Origin: an uncultured candidate division Zixibacteria bacterium
GTDB taxonomy: Bacteria > Zixibacteria > MSB-5A5 > GN15 > PGXB01
Direction of reading: 5' to 3'
DNA: 64,000 bases
Assembly: GCA_963702205.1 (NCBI GenBank)
Contig: OY969724.1
Span: 1,888,001-1,952,000 of the forward strand
Positions 52,420 to 62,130 of this stretch are shown piece after piece. The notes under the pieces were generated by a model. The model ran no database searches. It was not told where the DNA came from and saw only the letters and a program-made list of their open reading frames with translations. Position 1 is the first letter of the stretch, and every line of letters begins with the position of its first letter. The position numbers and the translations under genes are program-made.

Positions 52420-54690
52420 TCACCCAATCCCATACATATACTGCAGAAGTTTCAGCGTCCCGTTTTTGCCGTGTTCGCCGACTTCCATTTCGGGGCCGAC
52501 GCACGACGGGCAGCCGCCGGGGCAGGGACAGCTGTCGAGCTGTTTAAGGCAGGCGTAGATCAGATCGTGGAAGATATTGAAAATCTTCTGCGAATACCCG
52601 ACGCCGTCCGGGATGTTCTCATAGATATATATCGTCGGCAGTTCGGTAAACGGAGCGCGGACCTGTGAAATCGAGCGCAGATCGCGCGGGTCGCACATCA
52701 CCCACAGCGGGGCGATCTTGCCGAGTATATTGGCCAGGCCGCGAAGGGCCCCGCCGAATGTTTCGCCCTCGAGTTTGAGTTTGAAACGAATGTCTCCGGG
52801 GAAGGCGTACCAGAAGGCGTTGGTGTGCAATTCCAGTTCCGGCAAGAGCAATTTGCCCGAACCGACGTTTTCGTGCGTGTGAAATTTTATTTTCTTGAAA
52901 AGGACCGTCACCGAGGTTACGGTTACCTCGCCCCACGATATTCGGCTGTCGCCCTCGGTTTTTTCGTCGGACGTTCCAAGCACCTTGAGATCAGTTTTGG
53001 TTTCAGCATCGGTATAATAGTCAACTTCGACCTCTTTGACATAAGCTTTCTTGCCCTCCCAGTCGAGTTCCGTCACCTGGTATTGATCGGCATCGTGCAA
53101 ATAAATCGCCTCGGGGTGCAAAAATATAGGCGCGCTGTAATAATCGACTTCACCGATGACGTGGTTTTTGTCGGACTGATTGAGTATGACAAAATTCTCA
53201 GGCGACGCCGACCGCAGCGAAACCTGCTGGGCCGGGTAAATCTCCGACGACCAATGAAATTTTTCTCCGGCGTGACGGACAATATTCTGGTTTTCGAGAT
53301 AGTCGAGAATTTCGCCGGTGCCGTCGGAGCGAAAACACTCACCATCGTGAAGCGGCAGCTCGAAACTGGCGCACTTGATATGGTTGGTGCTGATTATCAA
53401 ATTGTCCGGGTCGATGATGCCCATCTCGGGGGTCTTTTCCAGTACGTACGACGGGTGCTTGGCCAGAAATTGATTGATCGCCGAGCTGTTGGCGATAAAA
53501 ATAGTCACCGAGACGCCGGAGCGCCGTCCGGCCCGTCCTGCCTGCTGCCATATCGAAGATATCGAACCGGGGTATCCGACGATGATCGACACATCGAGCG
53601 ACCCGATGTCGATGCCCAGTTCCAGTGCATTGGTCGAGACGACACCGGTGATGTCGCCGCGCCTGAGACCCCGCTCGATTTCCCGCCGTTGATTAGGCAG
53701 GTACCCGCCGCGATACCCGGCCACTCGTATATTTTTGCCGAACGGCTCGGCGAAGGCTTCGCGCAGATATGACAAGAGTATTTCCACCTGCAGGCGATAG
53801 TGCGCGAAGACGATGGTCTGGATGCGCTCGGCGATAAACATCTGCGCCAGAGTACAGGCCTCGTTGAGGGCCGATTTACGGATTCCCAACTGCGGGTTGA
53901 TGACGGGCGGATTATATAAAATGAAATGTTTTTCACCGGTGGGGGCGCCGTTGTTGCTAATCAGATTGACTTTGCGTCCTATAATTTTCTCGGCCAGCTC
54001 ATCGGGATTGGCGATAGTCGCCGAGCACATAATAAATATCGGGTCGGAGCCATAGAAAGCGCAGATGCGTTTCAACCTTCGCACCAGATTAGCCAGATGC
54101 GAACCGAATATACCCCGGTAATGGTGTATTTCGTCGATTACGATATACTTAAGATTCTCGAACAGCTTGATCCACTTGGTATGATGCGGCAAAATCCCGG
54201 CGTGGAGCATGTCGGGATTGGTGACGACGATATGCCCGGCCGAACGGATCAGCCGCCGGGCCGTCTGGGGCGTGTCGCCGTCGAATGTATACGTCTTTAT
54301 GTCGATATCGAGGTCGTCGATGGTCCCGGTAAGCTCCGCCAATTGATCCTGAGAAAGCGCCTTGGTAGGGAAGAGGTACAGGGCGCGGGTGGATTTGTTC
54401 TTGATGATGCTGTCCAGTACGGGGAGGTTGTAGCAAAGAGTCTTGCCGGAGGCGGTCGGAGTGACAATGACCGTATCTTTGCCGTCGTGCACCGAATCAA
54501 CGGCGGATCTTTGGTGAGAGTACAACTGCCGCATTCCGACTTTGGTGAAATGATCCACAAGACGGCGGTCGATGTAGTCGGGATAGTCGGCGTACTGCCC
54601 CGGCCTGGCCTCGATATGCGACCAGTGCGATATATTGCGGCCCATGGCCGGATCGTTTTTGAATGATTCGAGTATCTGTTCGAGGTTCAT
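52420..54690 (-). CDS. DEAD/DEAH-box helicase with DUF1998 (MrfA/YprA/Hrq1-like)
   Basis: PTASGKT, FPTKALSQDQ, TNPDMLH, DEIH, SAT, NALELGIDIG, QQAGRAGR, CPCPGGCPSC. Confidence 0.9.
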   Translation of the reverse strand: MNLEQILESFKNDPAMGRNISHWSHIEARPGQYADYPDYIDRRLVDHFTKVGMRQLYSHQRSAVDSVHDGKDTVIVTPTASGKTLCYNLPVLDSIIKNKSTRALYLFPTKALSQDQLAELTGTIDDLDIDIKTYTFDGDTPQTARRLIRSAGHIVVTNPDMLHAGILPHHTKWIKLFENLKYIVIDEIHHYRGIFGSHLANLVRRLKRICAFYGSDPIFIMCSATIANPDELAEKIIGRKVNLISNNGAPTGEKHFILYNPPVINPQLGIRKSALNEACTLAQMFIAERIQTIVFAHYRLQVEILLSYLREAFAEPFGKNIRVAGYRGGYLPNQRREIERGLRRGDITGVVSTNALELGIDIGSLDVSIIVGYPGSISSIWQQAGRAGRRSGVSVTIFIANSSAINQFLAKHPSYVLEKTPEMGIIDPDNLIISTNHIKCASFELPLHDGECFRSDGTGEILDYLENQNIVRHAGEKFHWSSEIYPAQQVSLRSASPENFVILNQSDKNHVIGEVDYYSAPIFLHPEAIYLHDADQYQVTELDWEGKKAYVKEVEVDYYTDAETKTDLKVLGTSDEKTEGDSRISWGEVTVTSVTVLFKKIKFHTHENVGSGKLLLPELELHTNAFWYAFPGDIRFKLKLEGETFGGALRGLANILGKIAPLWVMCDPRDLRSISQVRAPFTELPTIYIYENIPDGVGYSQKIFNIFHDLIYACLKQLDSCPCPGGCPSCVGPEMEVGEHGKNGTLKLLQYMYGIG

Positions 54691-54701
54691 AGTGTCTTCG
54701 T

Positions 54702-55241
54702 TTATTTCGAGCCCAATTGACGGCGACAAATGTCGCACAATTTGTTGCCGCGATGGTCTATATCCATCATGTTCATACTGTAATAGTTGATACAAACCGG
54801 GTTTCGGCATCCGGCCACTTCGCTCAAAAAAGCGACCTGCTGCACGGCCAGTTTGAACAGACGGTCGTACACTTTGGTTTCATCCTCCGGCAGACCGTAG
54901 AATTCCTGACGGACTTTGTTAAGGGATACGACCGCCGTGCCGGACACCGTGTCGAAATGCGCGAGGACGTAGGCTTCATCGGGAAGGTAAATATCTTCCT
55001 CGCAGACGGCGACAATCTGTTCTTTGCTGTTGGCTTTGATGCGTTCCAGCTTTTGCAATATGATCGAGGCATAGTGCTGGCTGCGGATGACGTTGTACGC
55101 TTCATCGGGGACTTTCATGCCTTTTAAAATATCCACGGATCTGTTGAAAACCTGCCCGATATTGGTCGCGAGCCGGTTGACCAGCATGAAATCCACCTCG
55201 CCCAGCGGCACCACCACTATTTTCGGTTTAATAAAGACCAT
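54702..55241 (-). CDS. archaemetzincin-like protein with degenerate active site
   Basis: AYNVIRSQH, EDIY, AVVS..VRQEFYGL; Cys4 retained but HExxH absent. Confidence 0.75.
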   Translation of the reverse strand: MVFIKPKIVVVPLGEVDFMLVNRLATNIGQVFNRSVDILKGMKVPDEAYNVIRSQHYASIILQKLERIKANSKEQIVAVCEEDIYLPDEAYVLAHFDTVSGTAVVSLNKVRQEFYGLPEDETKVYDRLFKLAVQQVAFLSEVAGCRNPVCINYYSMNMMDIDHRGNKLCDICRRQLGSK

Positions 55242-55438
55242 TATTCTGCCGTAAAGAACCGCCCGTCGGACCCGGTCGGTGAAATTCTGACTTCCATTTT
55301 AGTCGAACATTTGGGACACCAGCCGACAAAAGCATCGCCTTTCGCGTTAATATAAATTCTGGAATACACCCGGCAGCATTTGAACAGGACGCCGATATAC
55401 GGCCGCTTGCTATTGTCGTCTTGCCCTGATTGTTTCAT
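55241..55438 (-). CDS. small Cys-rich (Zn-finger-like) protein
   Basis: FKCC..YSRIY...CPKC; overlaps deoC stop and the next start. Confidence 0.75.
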   Translation of the reverse strand: MKQSGQDDNSKRPYIGVLFKCCRVYSRIYINAKGDAFVGWCPKCSTKMEVRISPTGSDGRFFTAE

Positions 55439-56103
55439 ACCTTTTGTGTCTTAAAAAACTCTCTCATTATAACCGCCGACGATGATGATCCCAGCCGGTC
55501 GGCCCCGGCGGCGATCATCGCTTCGGCATCGGCCAGGCTTTTGATTCCACCCGAAGCCTTGACTTTAATCTTATTGCCGGCAGTTTTTTTCAACCGTTCA
55601 ACAACTTCAACCGTCGCTCCCCCGAAAAATCCCGTGGCGGTCTTGACAAACTGAGCGCCACCATCGATGACAACTTTGGTCGCCTCGATTTGCTGTTCGG
55701 GTGTCAGCTTGGGTGTTTCTATAATTACTTTAAGTATTGTGTTGTCGGGAAGATTCTTTTTGACATCGGATATTTCACTTTCGGCTTTGCCGAACTCTCC
55801 CGATACAAGCAGACCGACGTTGGCGACCATATCTATTTCATCAGCGCCGTCCTCGACGCCTTGTACGGCTTCGGCGACTTTAATTTTGGTCGTACCGGCC
55901 GACAGGGGGAACCCGGCAACGCCGATTATTTTTACATCGGTCCCGGTAAGTTCCTTTTTGGCAAGCGGAACCCAGTAGGGATTTATGGCGATACCGTAGA
56001 AATTGAATTCCATCGCTTCGCGGCAGCATTTCAATATGGCCCGTTCGTCCGCTTCGGAATGCAATTGAGCATGGTCGAAATAACTGAATAAATAGTCCGT
56101 CAT
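55435..56103 (-). CDS. deoC: deoxyribose-phosphate aldolase
   Basis: DH, GFP, GADEIDMV, KVIIET, FVKTATG, KASGGI, RLGSS. Confidence 0.93.
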   Translation of the reverse strand: MTDYLFSYFDHAQLHSEADERAILKCCREAMEFNFYGIAINPYWVPLAKKELTGTDVKIIGVAGFPLSAGTTKIKVAEAVQGVEDGADEIDMVANVGLLVSGEFGKAESEISDVKKNLPDNTILKVIIETPKLTPEQQIEATKVVIDGGAQFVKTATGFFGGATVEVVERLKKTAGNKIKVKASGGIKSLADAEAMIAAGADRLGSSSSAVIMREFFKTQKV

Positions 56104-56145
56104 TTTCTATTCCTGTCAATCTAAGTTCAACAAAGTATTATAAGG

Positions 56146-57351
56146 CTATGATAGACATTGGACAATCTCTTTTAAAAAGCTACGGGGCGTAATCCCGGCC
56201 TGCTTTTGTTTGAAATGGCCTCCGAGATCGAAGATTTCATCTATTGTCGCCGCAATGTCCGCGAATGTTTTTCGTGTCCCCAGCGATATTCCTATTTTTA
56301 TTTTCTTATTGTAAACCAATAGCGGGACATATTCACGGGTGTGATCGGTTGAATCGGTCAGGGTTGGATCGCAACCGTGGTCGGCGGTGATGATCAGTAG
56401 ATCGTCATCATTTAATACATCGAGATAGGAGCTCAGCCATTTATCGAATTCTTCGAGCCCGCGCGCGAAAGATTGCACGTCGTTGCGATGCCCCCAGAGC
56501 ATATCGAAATCGACCAGGTTGGCGAAATGAAGACCCTTCGGGGTGGTTTCCAGTTCAGAGGTCAGCTTCTCCATGACGTCGGCGTTACTTTTGGTTTTGA
56601 TTGACCGGGAGATGCCACGCCCGGCAAAGAGATCATATATTTTCCCGATGCTTATGGTCGGGATATCTTTCTTCTGCAGCCGGTCGAGAAATGTGTCTCC
56701 CGGAGGTTTAAGCGAGAAATCGCGACGGTTCGCGGTCCTCGTGAAATTACCCGGTTTGCCGATGAATGGCCGGGCGATGACCCGTCCGACGCCGTGCTCA
56801 CTATGCAACATTTCACGAGCCATGCGGCAGATTTCATATAAGCGCTCGACCGGAACTATATTCTCATGCGCCGCCAGTTGAAAAACCGAATCGGCCGATG
56901 TGTATAAAATCAGTGCCCCGGTTTCAAGGTGTTTCTGGCCCAGTTCTTTGATTATCTCAGTGCCGCTGGCCGGAACGTTGCCGATTGTTTTTATGCCTGC
57001 TTTCTTTTCAAAGGAGTCAACCAGATTGCGAGGGAAGCCTTTGGGATAAGTCGGAAACGGTTTCTTAAGAATAACCCCGCCGATCTCCCAATGTCCCGAT
57101 GTCGAATCTTTGCCGGGAGATATTTCTGCCATTTTGCCGAAGCAGGCGTGTGGTTTATAGGTCGGAGTTAAGCCGTCTATCGGGACGATATTCCCCAGAC
57201 CAAGACTCGCGCAGACCGGCATTTGAAGCCCGCCAATCGCTCTGGCCAGGTTGGGCAGGGTGGCGGCTCCCGTATCGCCGTATTGGTCGGCATCGGGCAG
57301 TTCGCCCACGCCGCAGGCGTCGAGGATAATTATTATAACTCTTGAAAACAC
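56146..57351 (-). CDS. deoB: phosphopentomutase
   Basis: LDACGVGELPDA, GKDSTSGHWE, YTSADSV, NLVDFD, ADHGCDP, DHTREYVP. Confidence 0.95.
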   Translation of the reverse strand: MFSRVIIIILDACGVGELPDADQYGDTGAATLPNLARAIGGLQMPVCASLGLGNIVPIDGLTPTYKPHACFGKMAEISPGKDSTSGHWEIGGVILKKPFPTYPKGFPRNLVDSFEKKAGIKTIGNVPASGTEIIKELGQKHLETGALILYTSADSVFQLAAHENIVPVERLYEICRMAREMLHSEHGVGRVIARPFIGKPGNFTRTANRRDFSLKPPGDTFLDRLQKKDIPTISIGKIYDLFAGRGISRSIKTKSNADVMEKLTSELETTPKGLHFANLVDFDMLWGHRNDVQSFARGLEEFDKWLSSYLDVLNDDDLLIITADHGCDPTLTDSTDHTREYVPLLVYNKKIKIGISLGTRKTFADIAATIDEIFDLGGHFKQKQAGITPRSFLKEIVQCLS

Positions 57352-57421
57352 AGGTGAAATCTATGAATAAAGGGGACAATCGGCCAATAAAAAAGCTCGT
57401 CCTTTGATTAAATCGAGGATA

Positions 57422-58270
57422 TTACGGTTTCGCGAGTTTCGTCATATTGCTGACCGAGGAACCTTTCGATTCGGTCCGGAAATGCGAAATCTTGCCGGGC
57501 TCGTACCAGGTACCTTCGGTATTTTCATCGAAATCCGACTGCTCGTGAATGATAGCGCTTTCTTTATATGCCAGATATGTTCGGCTATTGAATTTCACAT
57601 GAGTAAGCTGTATCAGTGTGGCCGATGAGTCTTTAGTGACATACTGAAGTGGCAGGATCATTACCGCGTCGCGGTCGATGACGACGCAATCATAGCCCAT
57701 TTTTTTCTCAAATCCGGAGATTCGATAGTGGTTGGAGGCGTCTTTTAGCTCGCCATTTTTTAAAATGACTTTGAACGTATGATCCCACTCATAGCCGATT
57801 CCGACCGGTTCATCGGGCAGGATCAACGACATTTGTTCCAGATAACGTTTGTAATAATCTATCAAAGACAGGCGGGAGCTGTCGGCAATCGAGTAAAATT
57901 CGTTAAAGCCATTGGCGTGCTGTACGGTGTTGATGGTCATCGACCACCTGACCGTATCGGTTACCTTAGGATCGAGAGAATCGGGCTGAAGCCGCGACAT
58001 TTCGGTTGTCCACTGCAAAAGCCCCTTGCCGCCCGGGAGGGTATCGACCGTCTTTTCCGTAAATTGGACATATTCCGTGCACCGGTACGATTCGGTCAGG
58101 GAATCATCGACATATTTCTTGAAATCGGAATTTCGGACGCTTTCACTGATCAACAACTGACCCGGTCGGAATTTCAATGCAATCATCACCGGCCCGCTTT
58201 CGTTGGAACAGCCTGCTAAAAGCAGTGCGGCGACGAAAACAATCCTGATATATGGATGCAATTTACTCAT
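57422..58270 (-). CDS. hypothetical lipoprotein (paralogue of the adjacent gene)
   Basis: Lipobox LLAGC; ALKF.PGQ, LPDEPVGIGYEW, GYDCVVID. Confidence 0.7.
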   Translation of the reverse strand: MSKLHPYIRIVFVAALLLAGCSNESGPVMIALKFRPGQLLISESVRNSDFKKYVDDSLTESYRCTEYVQFTEKTVDTLPGGKGLLQWTTEMSRLQPDSLDPKVTDTVRWSMTINTVQHANGFNEFYSIADSSRLSLIDYYKRYLEQMSLILPDEPVGIGYEWDHTFKVILKNGELKDASNHYRISGFEKKMGYDCVVIDRDAVMILPLQYVTKDSSATLIQLTHVKFNSRTYLAYKESAIIHEQSDFDENTEGTWYEPGKISHFRTESKGSSVSNMTKLAKP

Positions 58271-58326
58271 CGGCAGTTTCCCCGTAAATTTCTGCCTTGT
58301 CCAAACTCTTTGCTGCAAAATGGCGG

Positions 58327-59169
58327 TTAAGTCCCGGGTAATATATAATCTTTCAATTTATATGATCTACTTGTTTTTTTCTTTACGACCACCGGGGATT
58401 CTCCCTCGGCCGTTATTTCGGTCAGGTTGGCGACCGCTTCGGCGTGCTGCTCGAATTCGATTATTACCCCTATATCGTAGGCGTGATAAATAATGCCAGT
58501 CGTTTTGCTGGTGCCCATGCCTCTCAAGGTGGCGCTGTCCTCTTCGATAAATCTGTCAATCGGGTAGGTCAATTCCGTCGTGAAATCAATAATGGCGCAA
58601 TCGTGGGCGCCGCGTTTTGCCAGACTTCGAATTTTATAAGACGTCGTGACGTCGTTGATCCCGCCGTCTTTGAGTTCCACTTTGGACGTCTGCGTCCAGG
58701 TGTACCCGACCGGAACGGCGCGCAGCGGATATTTGGGCGCGAGGTCCTTGAATTTGTTCCTGTATGATTCCATCGCGGAGGAATCCGGTTTCTCGCCGTT
58801 TTCCACGCTCATAATCCGACCATCCGATGTCTGAAGCGAATACATATAACTGACCGTGTCACGGGTGCTGTATTGGCCCGTTTTCGGGTCGCGCGTTCTG
58901 ATTGTTTCGGTATTGGTGTGCTTGATAAAAACCGTGCTGTCGATTTTGTCCAGGATTTCTTCTTGAGTGGTTCCCGACCAGGACACGTCGTCGGTGCGCC
59001 AGAGGCTGTCGTTTTTATATTCGTCCGTATGATCGGCCCCGTCGAAATCCCAGACGATAACCTGTCCGTCGGGGTACTTGAGCGCCAGCGTTACGGTTTG
59101 TTCCTTACGCTGACAGGTCATAAACAGACCGAGCGCAAATATAGTGGCGATAAAGAGCGTTTTATTCAT
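58327..59169 (-). CDS. hypothetical lipoprotein
   Basis: Lipobox FMTC; ALKY.DGQ, YPLRAVPVGYTW, AHDCAIID. Confidence 0.7.
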   Translation of the reverse strand: MNKTLFIATIFALGLFMTCQRKEQTVTLALKYPDGQVIVWDFDGADHTDEYKNDSLWRTDDVSWSGTTQEEILDKIDSTVFIKHTNTETIRTRDPKTGQYSTRDTVSYMYSLQTSDGRIMSVENGEKPDSSAMESYRNKFKDLAPKYPLRAVPVGYTWTQTSKVELKDGGINDVTTSYKIRSLAKRGAHDCAIIDFTTELTYPIDRFIEEDSATLRGMGTSKTTGIIYHAYDIGVIIEFEQHAEAVANLTEITAEGESPVVVKKKTSRSYKLKDYILPGT

Positions 59170-59198
59170 GGCATTCGTCCCTGTACCAAAGACGCCGG

Positions 59199-59708
59199 TT
59201 AAAATCCGAAAGTCCCCGGAGGTGAGGTTGTTATGTAGCTTATGGCTACGATCTCCTGGTTTTCAATAAGGCGTGCATAACTGGTTTGCTCCGCACCGTT
59301 ATTTTCGGCTGTGGACGCCGCCGCGAATTGAGTTCCGGGTGAAGGTCCGGTTTTATCGCTCAACGACAACGACACCAGAAATATCAGAAAGGACGCCGCC
59401 AGCGGCACCAGTATTGGCCAGATGCCGCGGCCCCGGCCGTCTTCGGCCGGAGATTCCTCGGGCGGAACCGCTTCGCGGTCTCCGACCTGTGTGAGGATTG
59501 ATTTTTCGAGGCTGGTCCAGTATGTCCCTTCGATTCTGGGACCGGGAACCCGGCTTATCAGGCCGTAAGCCTCTTTCTGATCCTCGAAAAATCGACGGCA
59601 GTCCGGACATTGCCCGATGATTTCGTCGAAATGACTTTTGTCATCGGGCCCAAGCCGACCGGTGAGGTAGTCGTCGATTTTGAGTTCAATAAAATGGTGG
59701 CAGGGCAT
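59199..59708 (-). CDS. membrane-anchored anti-sigma factor (zf-HC2-like)
   Basis: C...IDDYLTG.L...CPDC, one TM; downstream of the ECF sigma. Confidence 0.8.
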   Translation of the reverse strand: MPCHHFIELKIDDYLTGRLGPDDKSHFDEIIGQCPDCRRFFEDQKEAYGLISRVPGPRIEGTYWTSLEKSILTQVGDREAVPPEESPAEDGRGRGIWPILVPLAASFLIFLVSLSLSDKTGPSPGTQFAAASTAENNGAEQTSYARLIENQEIVAISYITTSPPGTFGF

Positions 59709-59720
59709 ATCAGTTCCTCG

Positions 59721-60287
59721 TCAGGGCTTATTTTTCGTAAGCCATTTTTTGACCTTTATCCGGGCGATGTGCAGGTTGGACCGCACCGTCGCCTGCGGAC
59801 ATTCCATAATATCGGCAATTTCACCTTTGGAGAACCCTTCGATATCGTGCAAGATTATTGCCATTCTCTGGCGAGGCGGCAACTGATCCACGGCTTTTCT
59901 GATGTGCTGCATCAGTTCCGTGTTTTCGAGGCTTTCATCCGGGCCCGGGCTTTTGTCGGTAAGCTGGGCTTTGAGCGCCTGTGAGGTGGTGCTGTCGTCG
60001 TCGATGGCAACAAATCGGTTTTTCTTTTTCCTGATCAGATCGATGGCATAGTTGGTGGCAATTTTCATCAAAAGACAGGAAAAGAAACTTGCAGATTTTA
60101 TGGATTTACGGTTTCGGTAAATCCTTATAAAGGCCTCCTGGGTTACGTCGTCGGCGTCAAGATGGTTGCCCATCATGCGGTACGCGACGCCATAGACTTT
60201 CTTTTCAAACCTCCTGACCAGTTCGGCAAAAGCCGCATGGTCACCATCCACAAATTTATGAACAAGATCCTCAGTATCGCTATTCAT
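59721..60287 (-). CDS. ECF RNA polymerase sigma factor
   Basis: GDHAAFAELV, DADDVTQEAF, LPPRQR, EIADIM, TVRSNLHIAR. Confidence 0.92.
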   Translation of the reverse strand: MNSDTEDLVHKFVDGDHAAFAELVRRFEKKVYGVAYRMMGNHLDADDVTQEAFIRIYRNRKSIKSASFFSCLLMKIATNYAIDLIRKKKNRFVAIDDDSTTSQALKAQLTDKSPGPDESLENTELMQHIRKAVDQLPPRQRMAIILHDIEGFSKGEIADIMECPQATVRSNLHIARIKVKKWLTKNKP

Positions 60288-60583
60288 GGACCTTGCTTTC
60301 TAACTGCTTCTATGACGTTTAAGGCTGGAGCCATGTTTAATGCAAATTAATCCGTTGACTTATATATACTTAAAAAGTATGATTGGCATCATAAAGTCAA
60401 ACCTTTTTTATTCGGTTCGGACGAATCATGTATTGGCTTTGTTGGCGAGAGCTCTGTTGGTTGCACGTTGTGTTGAAATGAGAGATCACGGATATTTAGG
60501 ATCTAACTCAAGAACAGTTGACAAAACGCTCATAATTGCTTATTTGTCAGTCTGGTTTTTCCTAAAATGAAGAGGCAAGCCTT

Positions 60584-61459
60584 ATGAATTCAATGACCGG
60601 TTTCGGACGGGCGGATCATAAAACGAAAAATCTGGCCGTAGCGGTGGAAATATCCTCGGTTAACAACCGTTTTCTGGAATATGCTTTTCGCCTGCCCCGA
60701 CAGCTGAGTTTTCTTGAACCCAAATTAAAAGATTTAATCGGGAGTACGGTCGATCGCGGTCGGTTGACGGTTCTGGTCAGCTATGAGGATTACGGCCTCG
60801 GGATTGACAAGGCGGTTTTGAATTCGGCACTGGCTAAGGACATTCATAAACACCTGCTGGAATTGAAGAAAAAATTCAAGTTGTCCGGCGATATCGAAAT
60901 CGGGCATTTCCTGCAGTTTCAGGACCTGTTCAAAGTGGAACGAAGCGAGAATCTTGAAGAGAAAGTCTGGCCGGTGGTCAAAAAGGCCGCCCAGGGCGCT
61001 TTGAAAAATCTGATCGCCATGCGTCTGACCGAGGGGACCAATCTCAAGAAAGACATAACCGCCCGGATAAAGATACTTCAGAAAGTAATTGCCAAAATCC
61101 AGAAGCTCGCTGGAAACAATTCCGAGATGTTCAGGTCGAAGATGACGGCACGTATCGAGGACCTGCTGAATAAAAAGGATTATGATCGGGCTCGCTTCGA
61201 AGAAGAAATAGCATATCTGGCCGAACGCGCCGACATCAGCGAAGAATGCGTCCGTTTCGATTCTCACCTTAGTCAATTTATGGATGAGATCAGCCACGAC
61301 GGTATGATCGGCCGACGACTCAATTTCATATTGCAGGAGTTGAACCGCGAGGCTAATACGATCGGCTCCAAATCCGCCAATCCGGATATTACCCATATGG
61401 TCGTGGAACTCAAGGAAGAGATAGAGCGTATACGCGAACAGGTGCAGAATATTGAATAA
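60584..61459 (+). CDS. yicC: YicC family endoribonuclease
   Basis: SMTGFGR, SVNNRFL, DISEE, GRRLNFILQELNREANTIGSK, REQVQNIE. Confidence 0.93.
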   Translation: MNSMTGFGRADHKTKNLAVAVEISSVNNRFLEYAFRLPRQLSFLEPKLKDLIGSTVDRGRLTVLVSYEDYGLGIDKAVLNSALAKDIHKHLLELKKKFKLSGDIEIGHFLQFQDLFKVERSENLEEKVWPVVKKAAQGALKNLIAMRLTEGTNLKKDITARIKILQKVIAKIQKLAGNNSEMFRSKMTARIEDLLNKKDYDRARFEEEIAYLAERADISEECVRFDSHLSQFMDEISHDGMIGRRLNFILQELNREANTIGSKSANPDITHMVVELKEEIERIREQVQNIE

Positions 61460-61483
61460 TGGAACGGAGCATATTTTAATTCG

Positions 61484-62101
61484 ATGAAATCCGGACGGGG
61501 CAAAATTATAATCATTTCGTCGCCATCGGGCGGCGGAAAAAGTTCGATCTGCCGGGCTTTGCTTAAAAAGCATAAAAAAGACGGCTGGACGTTTTCGGTG
61601 TCGTTCACGACCCGCCCGCCGCGCTCCGGCGAAAAAAATGGACGCGAATATTTTTTTGTTTTACCGCATGAATTTGCCGCTTTGCAGAAAAAAGGCTTCT
61701 TTGCCGAATCCTGCCGCGTACATACATACCGTTATGGAACTCCCTGTCGACCCCTCGACCAGACTCTGAAAAAAGGAGGGGTGATTTTGCTGGACGTGGA
61801 CGTCAAGGGAGCGTTCAAGATTAAACGCCTCTATCCCGAAGCGGCGCTTCTGTTTATCCTGCCTCCCAGCCGGTCTGAATTGATTCGCCGGTTAAAGAAA
61901 AGGGGGACCGAAGACGATAAGCAATTAAAAATCAGACTCGACAGGGCTGTTAAAGAAATGGGACTTTTTTCGAAATTCGAATATGTCATTATCAACAAGC
62001 GTCTTGATACGGCCGTAAATGAAGTAGATATGATCGTCAACTCGCTGCATTGCCGCCTCAAGAACTTGAACATGGAACTAATCGGGCGTATAATCGGTTA
62101 G
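61484..62101 (+). CDS. gmk: guanylate kinase
   Basis: SPSGGGKSS, TTRPPR.GE..GREYFF, YGT, LDVDVKG, FILPPS. Confidence 0.94.
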   Translation: MKSGRGKIIIISSPSGGGKSSICRALLKKHKKDGWTFSVSFTTRPPRSGEKNGREYFFVLPHEFAALQKKGFFAESCRVHTYRYGTPCRPLDQTLKKGGVILLDVDVKGAFKIKRLYPEAALLFILPPSRSELIRRLKKRGTEDDKQLKIRLDRAVKEMGLFSKFEYVIINKRLDTAVNEVDMIVNSLHCRLKNLNMELIGRIIG

Positions 62102-62130
62102 AAGAAACGCAAAAAAACATAGGAGGAGCT

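Noticed and set aside
52420..54690. DUF1998 helicase as a DISARM or Druantia defence system
   Set aside because: It is a single MrfA-like fusion with no methylase, nuclease or other defence genes nearby.
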